A stretch of DNA of 64,000 nucleotides, from assembly GCF_018977255.1 (NCBI RefSeq), contig NW_024704759.1, forward strand, positions 186,001 to 250,000, written 5' to 3'. Origin of the DNA: Callorhinchus milii (Eukaryota). The notes beneath the pieces were generated by a model, which was not told the origin of the DNA, made no database searches, and worked only from the letters and a program-made list of their open reading frames with translations. Positions 12,266-24,600 of this stretch are shown here, in pieces. Position 1 is the stretch's first letter, and each line of letters starts with the position of its first letter. The position numbers and the translations under genes are program-made.

Positions 12266-12564
12266 AAGGCAGAGTTGTGAATAACTCTTTCAGAGAGATA
12301 GAAAATTGTCTGTCATATTCGTCTTGAAATTATTAGTCACACTTTAGAAACTTGTGAAGCGATTTGAGATGTTCTCGACGTTTTTAGGCAACGTTTTTCT
12401 ATATGCGTTGCAAATATTATCATTATTTAGTGCAATGTTGCATAAAGATACATAAATAGAAAAGGTAATGGAAGGCAAATGTAAATGGTTGTCAGTTTTA
12501 TTTAACATCTGCATAAAAAGTATCACGGGTTATATTTATAATTGATGCATTAATTGCTAACCAG

Positions 12565-12663
12565 TAACTCGAGACGGAAGGTTCAGGGAGAGGCACCGGA
12601 ACCCGAAGCTGCGCCGAGTGCTGTCCGGCGGACACTCAGTCTGTGACACCGCAACATGGCGGC
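12565..12663 (+). promoter_or_regulatory. NSFL1C CpG-rich promoter/5' UTR
   Basis: ETS-like CGGAAG/CCGGAA sites; YY1-like AACATGGCGGC overlapping the ATG. Confidence 0.55.
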
Positions 12664-15600
12664 TGCTTCGCAACAAGAAGCGATACGCGAGTTTGTGTCG
12701 GTGACGGGAGCGGCGGAGGAGCGGGCGCGGCTGTACCTGGAGTCTGCGGGGGGCGACCTGCAGGTGAGGGGGCGCTGGGGTTCCTCCCTGAGGCGCGAGT
12801 CCGGGCTCTGGGGCGAGGCTCCGGGCGCAGCTGAGTCACGGATCGGCGCAGGTTAGTTGCGGCCTCAGGATCGGCGCCTGAGACACTGTTGGGCTGAGAG
12901 CAGCGACTCGGCAATGAAGTGCAGCCTCTGCGCCGCTGTCCCTTATTGCTGTCGGTGACCTGCGGTAAGGATGAGGCGCGGCGGGGGCTCGGGCGGGGCG
13001 GGGGCTCGGGCGGGGCGGGGGCTCGGGCGGGGCGGGGGCTCGGGCGGGGCGGGGGCTCGGGCGGGGCGGGGGCTCGGGCGGGGCGGGGGCTCGGGCGGCG
13101 GGGGGCGGGCGGGGGCCTCGGGCGGCCGGGCTCGCCCTGGAGCCTGAAGGTTGTTGGACTTTATAAATAATCATTGCAGTTGACTTAATGCCTTATGTCT
13201 TCGCGACATAAATCCCGTGTAGTTATTTGAAACATCCTTCCGATGTGAAAGGTCTTATTTCAAATATTTTATTATAATTATTTCAGGGAGAATGTGCTGG
13301 ATATTCAGACACAAACCGCTACAGTTGTGCGATGATTGGGAGAACAACACACAAATGCTTGAAACATTTAATGTTGTGGTGTTGACGAATAACCAACAAC
13401 TGTGACTCAAGGTTTCAGTGGGTATCATGTCGAGTTACCTGCACGTCTTGGTACTGCTCCTGGTGTCACCTTAGCTCAGTTTATAATGCTCTCTTGCCTG
13501 TGAGTCTGAAGGATGTGAGTTTATGCACCATGTCAGGATTTGAACTGGTAGTCCAAGCTGTGTGGGAGTGGGGGGGAGTACTTTATAGTTGTGGAATGTT
13601 ACCCTGCATTAAGGGTGCTATATAAATTGCAAATAGTTTTTATAGTTGGAGGTTCGTGTGAGATGTTAAACCAAGATCCAGATAAATTGGCTCCTCACTT
13701 TGCTGACTGTTGGATTTGCCCACAAATACTCAGTCAACAACAACTTGCAACTTGTGCCCCTCACGCAGGGTGGTGGTGGTGGAGCTCAACCTCGAGCCAC
13801 GTGGAGGGGGAGGTGACCGTAGGCACAGTTGAAAAAGAAGATCTTCAGGCGCAACCAGAAGATGGGGAATGAAGGGTCAAGACGGAGGGATAGAGGAAGC
13901 GTGTTCCACAGTTCCAGAGTTTCGGGGCGTAGTGGCTGAAAGCACGGCTGCCAATGGTGGAACGGAAGGCATGAGGGACACGCAGAAGGCTGGAGCCAGT
14001 CGCGTGGAGGCAGCGGGTTGGGGGTTAAGCAGGTCGGAGAGGGCATGAAGGGAGTGTGAGAATCTTGAAATCGACCAGTTCGGCGATAGGGAGCCAGTGG
14101 AGCTAGGCTAGAACTGGTGTGATTGGGGTACGGAGTTTAGTGTGGGTTTTGGATCAGTTGGATCCTGTGCATGGTGGAGCTGGGGAGACTGTGGATGAAG
14201 GAGGAGATGCGGCGTAGGAGGATGGCGATCAGGAGGCTGAGGGAGCCCTGGTCACAGAGATAGAGGACATTTGTGACCTTGACAAGCGCTGTCTCTGGGC
14301 TGTGGGCAGGGCAGAAACCAGTTTGGAGAGGCTCGAGGAGGGAGTGGAGGGAGATGTGAGAGCAAAGCTGGACATCGCGTTCCAGAGCTTTGGCAAGGAA
14401 CAGCAGGTTGGAAATGGGAGGTTGGAGTGGTCATGGGTGGGTTTTTTGAGGAGGGGAGTGTTGACAGCGGTTTTAAGAGGTGGGGAGGAACAGAACCTGA
14501 GGAGAGCGACTGGTTGACTGTGTTGGCCAGTAGCAGGGAGAGGAGAGGGAGTCGCACTGGACAGCAGTTAGGAGCTTTGACTTTGCAGGCATTGATTGCA
14601 TCTAATGCAATTATTAGGAGTCCTGTAGCTCAGTGGTTAGAGCACTCAGCTCACAGGGCGAAACCTTGGGCAACTTTGCTTATTCCACACGCTTAATAAT
14701 AATCCCTCAAGAGAGAAAAAAAATTGGTCACTTCAATCCATGACTGTTTGTGGGACACAGCTGCTGTGCACAATTGGCTGCTGTGTTTTGCCCACAAATA
14801 TACAGTCAATTCACTTTATACTCTGTATATTCTGTGAAGTGCTTTGAAACATCTAGAAGATGCAAGGATTGTTATTTATTTATTATTATTTGATACCGAG
14901 TCTTAGGCCTCCTGAAGTAGCATATTCGATATCCTTAACTCTTTGTGAAAAGACATGGTTTTAGTTTCACTTTTAAACGAGACTTCCTGTAGCAGAAATT
15001 GTATGCGTTCTGGGAAGGGATTTGTAATATATATCAGCGGATGTTGGGCAGCGGTGACTCTTGTTTCTGGTGTTACAGCTGGCATTGGGTAGTTTCTATG
15101 AAGATGGAGGTGATGATGATGTGATCACTTTGCCACAGCCAGAGACAGGCCCAGGTCCTAGGAGTACGGCACCCAGGTGAGAATTATGGATCTCCAGCAT
15201 TCATAACTTTGCTGATTCAGATTTGAATTGAATTTGAATATTTGAATATTTGAATATTGTCTTTTATATTTATATAAGAAACACTTTACTGATTTGTTGG
15301 TTCCTGTTTGATAGGTGAGTTCCCTCGGTTTCTGCATTTAAGCAGCCGAGCTTCTTGGTGAACACAGACATAGAATCCAACAGACTCATCACTCTATTAA
15401 AACTGTGGAGCCTGCATGAGTTCTTACGCACACTTTCCAATAGTCATTAGATAATGATCAGGAAATCTTGATTGGCACTGTGCCACAAGTAAGCAGTTGG
15501 AATATCTTCAAATTGTTTTTTTTTAAACTGAGGCCAAAGGCTTTTGTGGGCATGATGTAACTCCTTCCTCAATGTCCTATTAATTGCGCATCAGTGATGT

Positions 15601-18600
15601 GAAACTTCTCCTACTCTGCATTGTTCCTAATGTTTCTCACTTGCAATATTGAATATAACGGAGTGATTAGTCTCATAAAAATGCTTTCATTCAGTGTAAT
15701 GATTCATTAATTTCAAAGCCCCATTGTCCTGGAGTTTTGTGAATCAGGCTTGTTTATGTCTTTTTTCAAAGCCCATACTTAAACATAGTACCACATTGTT
15801 GTGTTTATCAGAACCAGTGTTGCGATTCAGGCTCCATGGACAGTCATGTCGTAAATAAAATTGAGTAATTAAATTTTGTTTCTCACTAGGATTACTTCAG
15901 TAATGTATCAATTTCTAATCTATACGTGTTATTTATTCTCGCAGTGATGGTCGCATAACCTCTCTGAGAGATTTGTGGCATGAGGAAGAAGATGATGAGG
16001 ATGAGGGTCAAAGGTCAGGATCTGCTGAATTTGTCATTTCTCTGAATTGTTCCTTTCATTGCCTGCTCATAATGGACGATTTCAACCTCCACCTAAACTC
16101 CCCTTGCATCACTTCTGCCGACTTCACTGCCCTCCTCCCTTCCCTAAACCTCACCCTTCACATAAATTCACCTACCCACAACCGTGGTCATGCCCTTGAC
16201 CTCGTCATCACCCATGGCCTTAACATTTCCGACCTTAGCATATTGGACAAGGCCATCTCGGACCACTTCCTCATCTCCTTCTCCTCTCTCATCCCTCTCT
16301 CCTCTACCAAGCCCTCAACCACTCTCTACTGCCCTTGGAAAAGGCTACCCCCTGAGACCCTCAAAAAAGCTATTAATTGCGCATCAGTGATGTGAAACTT
16401 CTCCTACTCTGCATTGTTCCTAATGTTTCTCACAACATCATCAAATATCGCATCCCTCTGGCCTTCCACCCGCGGAGATCCGGAAGCAGTCGTCCAGCTG
16501 CTCCATGATCGCCTCTCCTCCACCTTCAACTCCCTCATCCACATGAAATCCAGGACCATCTCCAAATTCACCTGATCCCCCGGTACAACAATCTGCCTAA
16601 AAACCCAAACCCGGCTGCTCGAGCGCAGATGGCGGAAAACTGGCCTGACAGTCCACCGCCAACTGTGTCTCGAGCGTCTCTACAGCTACCGCCGTTCCTT
16701 GACACGCGCAAAAACAGCCTTCTACTCCAACATCATCTTGGAGGCTAAACACAACCCTAACATCCTTTTTTCCATCACCCACTACCTTCTCCGTGGCCCC
16801 CCTCAGGTCCCTCAATCTTCGTATCAAATGCCAAGAGCGAGGAGGTCATGGACTTCTTTTCATCTAAAATTCACAACGTCCCCCAGGCAGCCTCACCCAC
16901 CTGCATCTTGTCAGCCAGCACCACGCCCTCTCTGTCCCCCTCACCCAACCATCATCTGCTCCTACCACCACCCTCATCCTACATTCCTTCCTCCCCATCT
17001 CTCCCTCCCTCTCACCCACCATCACCTCCATGAAACCCACCACATGCTGCCTCGACCCCCTCCCCACTAACTTGCTGGTCACCCAGCTCCCCCTCCTCTG
17101 CCCACTACCTGCTGACGTCATCAACCAGTCCCTCTGCTCCGGATCAGTTCTTGCCCCCCTCAACTCCGCGCACACCTCCTCCCACTCCCTCTTCGAACCC
17201 CTCCAGTCTGGTTTCCGCCCACAGTACGGAGGCTTGTGAAAGTTACAAACAACATCCTCTCTATCTGTGACCAGGGCTCCCTCTGCCTCCTTGAGCTCTC
17301 CGCCACGTTCGACACAGTCGATCACGCCATCCTCCTCCACCGCCTTTCCTCCGTCGCCTGGTTCAAGTCCTACCTCACAAACCGCCAGCAGTACATCTGC
17401 ACAAATGGCTTCTCCTCCCGCTCTCACCCGATCACCTGCGGGTACCCCAAGGATCCATCCTTGGCCCCTTCCTCTTTCTGATCTACATGCTTCCTCTTGG
17501 GGATGTCATCTGCAGACATGGGGTACACTTCCACATGTATGCGGACGACACCCAACTCTACTTTTCCACCTCACTTTGTGACCCCCCAGTCCCCTGATGT
17601 TCTGTCAGCTGCCTGTCAGACCTCAGGAGCTGGATGAGCGCGAATTTCCTTCAGCTGAACATTGACAAAATGGAAGACTTTTTGGCTCTGGTCAACGTCT
17701 AAAATCTCACGGTTCTCACTTCCTCCACTTACCCGACCTCCTCCTAAAACTCTCCGAACCGGTACGCAACCTAGGTGTCAGGTTCGACCCCCAATTATCC
17801 TTCCTCCCCCATATCTGGTCCCTCACCAGCACCTCTTTCTTCTACCTCCGACGCATCGCCCGTCTCCGCCAATACCTCTCTTCAAAAGCCGCTGAAATCC
17901 TGGTCCACGCCTTTGTCACCTCTTGGCTGGACTATTCAAACGCCCTCCTCGCCAGCCTCCCATCCACTACCATCTATAAAATCCAGATTATTCAAAACTC
18001 TGTCGCCCGCATTCTCACCCGCACCAAACTCCGCTCCCTGCTCCCCCCCAGTCCTTACCAGACTGCACTGGCTACCTGTCCCAGAGAGGATCAATTTCAA
18101 GATCCTCACCTTTGCATTCAAACCCCTCCACTCCTCTGCATCCTCCGACCTTTCTGACCTCTCTCCTCAAAACAGTGCCCGTTGCCTTTGTTCCTCCGGG
18201 TCTGGCCTCCTCCTCGTCCCCCGAGTCCTCCGCTCCACCCTCAGCGGCCGTGCCTTCAGCCACTATGCCCCGAGGCTCTGGAACTCCCTTTCTCACTCCC
18301 TTCGCCTCAACTCGTCTCTTCCTATTTTCAGGTCTCTGCTGAAAACCTTTCTTTTTGACCGCGCCTTTGGTCACCTTCCCCACCCCACCCCCATCCCCTC
18401 CCTCCAGGCTCCTCCCCCTCCCCCTGGCTCCCCCGGCTCCTCCCCATCCCCTGGTTCGGCCCTGGGATTCCTTACTGTGAAGCGCTCTGAGACCCTGTCC
18501 GCCGTGGAGGGCACTTTATAAATCCAAGTTGTTGTTGTTCATCAATGCAATCTTTATTGTCATGCATTTTACATTCATACACAACACACCAAGTCAGTCA

Positions 18601-21600
18601 TGCTCAGACTCTCTAGTACAGGGTGGGCAAAATACGCCCCCTGGTCGTATCCAGCCCCCAAATGATACTCTCCGGCCTGTCATTGTGTCCAGCAATAGAA
18701 AAAATTATAGTTCGTTCAGTTCCAGAAAGTCTCACAAATTTAGCATTTGAATCTGACATTAGCCAATCACACGGCTTAGTTATGTGCATGCTCCTTTAAG
18801 TGTTGAATCGGCCGACGCCAGAAATGTACGGATCGGCAAATTTTCAAACGCATGCGTGACAACCGCAGCAATACTTTTCACTGAAGAGGACGTTAATTCG
18901 AAATGAGTTTATCAAAGAAGCGGAAAGCGGACATTGAAGGCCAAATATTCAACAAAGCATGGACTTCTAAAAAATTTTTACCAGTGTGGATGGAAAAGCT
19001 GTGCTTAATTTGCAAAGAAGGTGTGGCAGTCCTCAAAGACTACAACTTGAATCGCCATTTTGAGAGCAAACATGCTTGCGAATATAAGAATGATTCTGCC
19101 AAAGAAAAAGGAAAGAAAGCTGATGAGATGATTATTCGAATGCAAATAGAGCAAAGCATTTTCACAAAACAAATTGCGTCCCAGGATGAGATTACAAGAG
19201 TGAGTTACGTGATTGTACACAAAATCGCCAAGAACAACAAACCATTCTCTGAAGGAGAATTTATAAAGGAATGTATGGTTGACTCTGCCTCGATTTTATG
19301 CCCAGACAAGAAAAAACAGTTTGAGAACATTAGCTGGTCAAGGCAAACTATTGTGAGATGTGTCGAGGATCTATATCTGTAGTTACAAAATAAAGTAAGC
19401 AATTTTGCATGTTTTTCACTGGCACTCGTTGAGAGTTGTGATGTCAAAGACACAGCCCAGTTGATAATTTTTATTCAAGGTATCACCAAATATTTTGAAC
19501 TCACAGAAGAATTGGAATCAATACAGTCAATGAAAGGTATGACAACTGGAGAAGACGTTTGGAGGCAGTAATTAAGTGTATCTTAAAATTAGGAGTGGAG
19601 TGGAAAAAATTGGTGAATGTGACCACCGATGGAAACCCAAATCTGACAGGCAAAAATGCTGAAAAGAATTCAAGATCAAGTCAAAGAAACAAATCCAGAG
19701 CAGAATATTGTTTTTCTACACTGCATTATCCACCAAGAGGTCTTCTGTAAGAGCGTTCTAAAACTAAGCAATGTCATAGACGCAGCTACAAAAGTAGTCA
19801 ACTACATTCGAGCAAGAGGATTAAACCACAGGCAATTTATAACTCTGCTTGAGGAATTGGAATCCGAGCAAACGGATGTTCTATATCGCACAAATGTACG
19901 ATGGCTTAGTTTAGGAAAGGTTTTGAAAAGAGTGTGGGACCTGAGAACAGAAATTGATTTATTTTTGGGCATGAAACAAAAAGATTTGGATTTCCCACAG
20001 CCGAATGATGTGAATTGGCTCTGATTTCGCATTTGCCATTGATATCATGCACCACATGAATGAACTGAATTCAAAACTGCAACGGAAGGGGGCCTTTGTG
20101 CACGATTTATATTGCAGTGTCAAGGCATTTATGACAAAATTATTTCTTTTATCGCATCAGATAGGAAACAGGCTGTTCACCCACTTTCCAACTTCGCAGC
20201 AGATTACTGTTTGCAATCAAAGCCTTAAAAAGTAGACTTCGTCACTACTTGACTTACATGTCAAATTTTATCGCCGATTCCAGGATTTCAATTTGATCAA
20301 AAGTGACCTGTCTTTGGGCCCTTCACCTTTCTCATTTGATGTTGACAAAGCCCCATTTGACCTCCAACTCAAGCTTATTGACCTGCAATGTGATCAATGT
20401 GCGGAGCAATTCAAATCAGTGCCACTTCCCAGTTTTAACATCTCTCTTAATGAATATACCTTTCCAAAAATAAAGGCTCATGCCCGGCGGATGCTTGTGC
20501 TGTTTGGATCAACATTTTCTGTGATGAAATTCAATACATCAAACATAGATCTGTGATGACTGATGACCACCTTGCAGCAGTGCTCCACATTGCAACAACG
20601 GAGACGATGTTTGACTTCAATTGTCCGGTTAATGCACATCAGTGCTTTCATTCTTCCCATTGAGCTTCTCACATTCTCATCAATATGTGAATAACTGAAT
20701 AAATATTAAATAAATGTCTGCTCAATGAGTTGTTTTTATTTAACCTAATCTTAATGAATGTCAATTATATAGACTATTTTATGCATGTACAAGTGTAAGA
20801 CTTGATTTTGAACTATGATTATGCATCTATATTAAATGTGTGGCCCGCAAAGCTTATCAAAACTTGTGAAGTGGCCCGCCAAGCCAAAATAATTGCCCAC
20901 CCCTGTTCTAGTATATTGAACTTTGTAGAAAAATGTAAAAAAAATGCAGAAATCCTGCTGTTCACTGATTTAGAATGATGGAAGACGTACATAAGGCTGA
21001 GGTAAGCATACAATTAACTTGTTTGGTGAACTTGGGTCTAGGGAACATCAGTGAAAACATTACAGACCTTGAGCTAGATTGGAAGGTGGAATAATGTTTT
21101 GCGCACAGAGTGGTCAAGAGTGACTATGGTTTAGTGAGTTATTTTTAAAAGAAACCAAAAATGGCGTGTTTGTGATCAGTTTGGGCTTTTGTTTAACAGC
21201 AAAGCTTTACAATGAGCTATATCTCAACACTTCAGTTGATCTATTCCCAGGCCATTCTGGAGATCCCGAAACGTTGAAACTTTCTGCCTCAATCCCTCTG
21301 CGTTGCTCCCTCCTTCTCCTTTTTCAGTACTGCCTCTTTGATGACTGACGGTTATCTCCTCCCTTCCCCGGCTCAGTGCTTCGCTACTATTAAGTGCTCC
21401 AAAACACTACCCCGAGTAAAGAGTGTGGTATAAATGCAAGTTGTTGTTTTTGAGCTTGTTTCATACAGTATTCTGATTTTTAACAGAACAGTTCTGATTT
21501 AATTTGATGCTGTTATTTCATTCTTTTCGAAATATGATTGTCAGTTCACCCAGTGGTGGTTGTCTCATGATATCTTATTTGAAATGGTGAAACTTCAAAT

Positions 21601-24600
21601 CTAAAAGCCAACAATGAGGCTGACAAGATGCCCTTTCCTGCTGCAAAAAAAGAAATTTGTTCTGATTTGTGGTATTTCATATTGGATTTGTTAAAAATAG
21701 TAAATAATAATAATTCTTACATTTGATATAGTGCTTTTTCACATCTTCTACACAAATACAGGTAATAGACAAATGTCTTGGCTTTGATTACCCGACCAGC
21801 AGTGGGAACAATAATAAGAGGGTACAACGTGAAAGGCACTATACAAATGTAATTTTGGTGTTCCTTAAAAAAGACAAAGTTACATTAGCCATGGTGCTCT
21901 CTGCTAACCAAAAATATAGAATGAGAACTTTGCACTGAGACAATATAGTCCTGGAATAGAGTTCACACAAGTTGATGGGAATTATAATGGAATTCCTTGT
22001 TTAGAAATGGTGCAACTCTTTTTGAAGTCAAACATTGATGTTAATCATCTTTATTTTACAAGGTTTTATGCTGGTGGATCTGAAAGAAGTGGACAGCAAA
22101 TTGTTGGGCCTCCAAAAAAGAAGAATTCTAATGAAGTTGTAGAAGATTTATTTAAAGGAGCAAAGGAACATGGTGCAGTTGCTGTTGAACGAGCTGGCAG
22201 AAGTCTAGGAGAATCCAGTAGATCTAAAGTACGTACAGTATTAAAAAGCCAGCTGGTAACTTGCATATTTGCTTAGTTTGTTCTGTGTCATGATGAGCAA
22301 TAAGATGCTCAACAGCAATCTCCTTATACTGGATTTTCATTGTGTTTGTTTTGTTTGCAAACAAGAAAATAAATTACATGGTAAGCTAGGCAGTTACAAA
22401 ATTAACTAAGGTTCTCATGCAAGTCAGGTACAGTAGTTTGGAAGTACAGAATTACGTTGCTATAGGTTGTCAGTTTGGGCCCAATATTTCAGTGGCCGCG
22501 CTATAAATGAAGTGCAAAAATTGCCTGTCCCTCTACACCTCTAAGTTTGTTATTAAAGCAATTATATTATTTCCATGACAGCAGTATGAATGTTTGATCT
22601 AACAGTAAAACACTTGATATTTTTAAATGTTTTCTGCGACATAAAACTTCTCTTTTCAGCCTTTTGGTGGAGGTGGCTACCGTCTAGGTGCTGCTGAAGG
22701 AGAGCATTCACCTTACGTTGTGGGAGAAAGGAAAGCTGAATCTGCACAAGATGTAAGAGTTTTGTATAAGCAACATGTTCCGAATGCAACAATATTTGAC
22801 TGGCTCCTTAATTTATATTCTCATGTCATGGAAAGTATTGTTTACTATGGGATTGCTATTAAATATAAATCAAAAGGACACAGGAAAGATCAGTCAATGG
22901 ATTGATGTGTACGTAGGTCCATTGGAGGAGCTAGCGACATGAGTGGCTTGATGAGCTGAATCCCACCTGTGATTTTAGTGATAAGCTATGTCAGCTATGT
23001 CATATCTAACCTTTTGGCTGCCGCGGGCCGGATTCCCTATTTGAGAAAGGTCTACGGACCGCATCCAGCATGGGCTAACTGGTGGCCCATGGGCCGCATC
23101 CGGTCCAAGAGAGAGAGGTGGGATGAGAGAATGAGGGGAGGGGGAGAGAGAGGTGAGGGGTAGAGAGAGTACTACCAACTGAGACACAATTAGCAGGTTT
23201 AAATTCCTAAAATTACACTCTTAAGTAGGGATCTTTTGTAATCAATGGTTTAATTTGTTCTAAGGACAATACTGATCTCACTGAATGATGTTTAACAGGT
23301 TCATGTGGTACTGAAACTTTGGAAGAATGGTTTCAGTGTCGATGAAGGGGAAATGAGGAATTACAATGACCCGGCCAATGCTCAGTTCTTGGATGCGATC
23401 AGACGAGGGTTAGTGACGGTATTTAAATTGCAGATGATTTTTCAGTGTTATTGTTAGATGTCTTGCAAAGTTTGAATCTTCGTATACACAAAATAGATCA
23501 AAATAATTATACCAGATAAATTGGCAACTTTTGGAGACGATGTTTAAATTTTGGCTAGATTCCCAGATGTTGTGATTGCCATTAATTGGCAACGTACCAA
23601 TTTACCATAGGCAATACACCTGAAACTTTGATTGTATGCATTGCATATCCAAAACAGCTAATAAAGATGAATAGTGTGTTATTGGAGGGGGATCACGTAT
23701 GCACGTATGGACGACCTCCAACCCAATTTCTGTCTCTTTTATACACAGGAGGGAAACTGTTTTTTCCTTGTACAATGTCGGACTTGTGTTATTGGCTATG
23801 GAGTAAAATTAGTAAAATTTTTCCATTGGTTCACTTTTACGATAAAGATGCGTCTTGTTGCCCCTGACAGGGAGATTCCTCTGGAGCTGAGGAGGTTGGC
23901 CCGTGGCGGGCAGGTCAACCTGGATATGGAGGATCACCGAGATCAGGAATTCATGAAAGCTAAAGCTGCCTTTAAGGCATTTGCAGGAGAAGGGCAGAAA
24001 CTGGGAAGGTAAATATGATAAACTGTAAATCAGGATCAGCTTTGTATAATCTAATTCAAGTCTCGGTGAGCACGATATCTCTGCTTGGGTATGACTGTGC
24101 CAGACTCTGCTGCTGTGTTTAAACATCCCTGGAGTCCTGTAGCTCAGTGGTTAGCGTATTTGCCGAGCAAGCGAGAGACCTTGGTTCAATTCCCAGCAGG
24201 GCAAAACCCTGGGCAAGTTTCCTAACTTCACATCCCTGATAATAATCCCTCAAGAAAAAAATAATAAATTGGTCACTTCAATCCACGACTGTTTATGGGA
24301 CTCTGCTGTGTGCAATTGGTTGCCATCTTTTGCCCACAAATATACAGTCAATTCACTTTTCAGCATATTCTGTGAAGCGCTTTGAGATGTCTAGACGACG
24401 TGAAAAGCACTATATCATATGTAAGGATAATTATTACTTTGTATTATCCCTATTACTGAATGTGATCTCCATTTCATGGTACTATATTTGTAGAAAATTA
24501 CAACATTCACAACTTGATAAATTCTGTTTGAAATGCTAACTATCGTTTCACTAATAATTTATAATTAGTAATGCATTCTTCAGTGAAACCACAATTATGG

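Noticed and set aside
18903-20620. Domesticated GTF2IRD2/ZBED-like gene
   Set aside because: Multiple stops and frameshifts with retained TIRs and TSD indicate a dead transposon.
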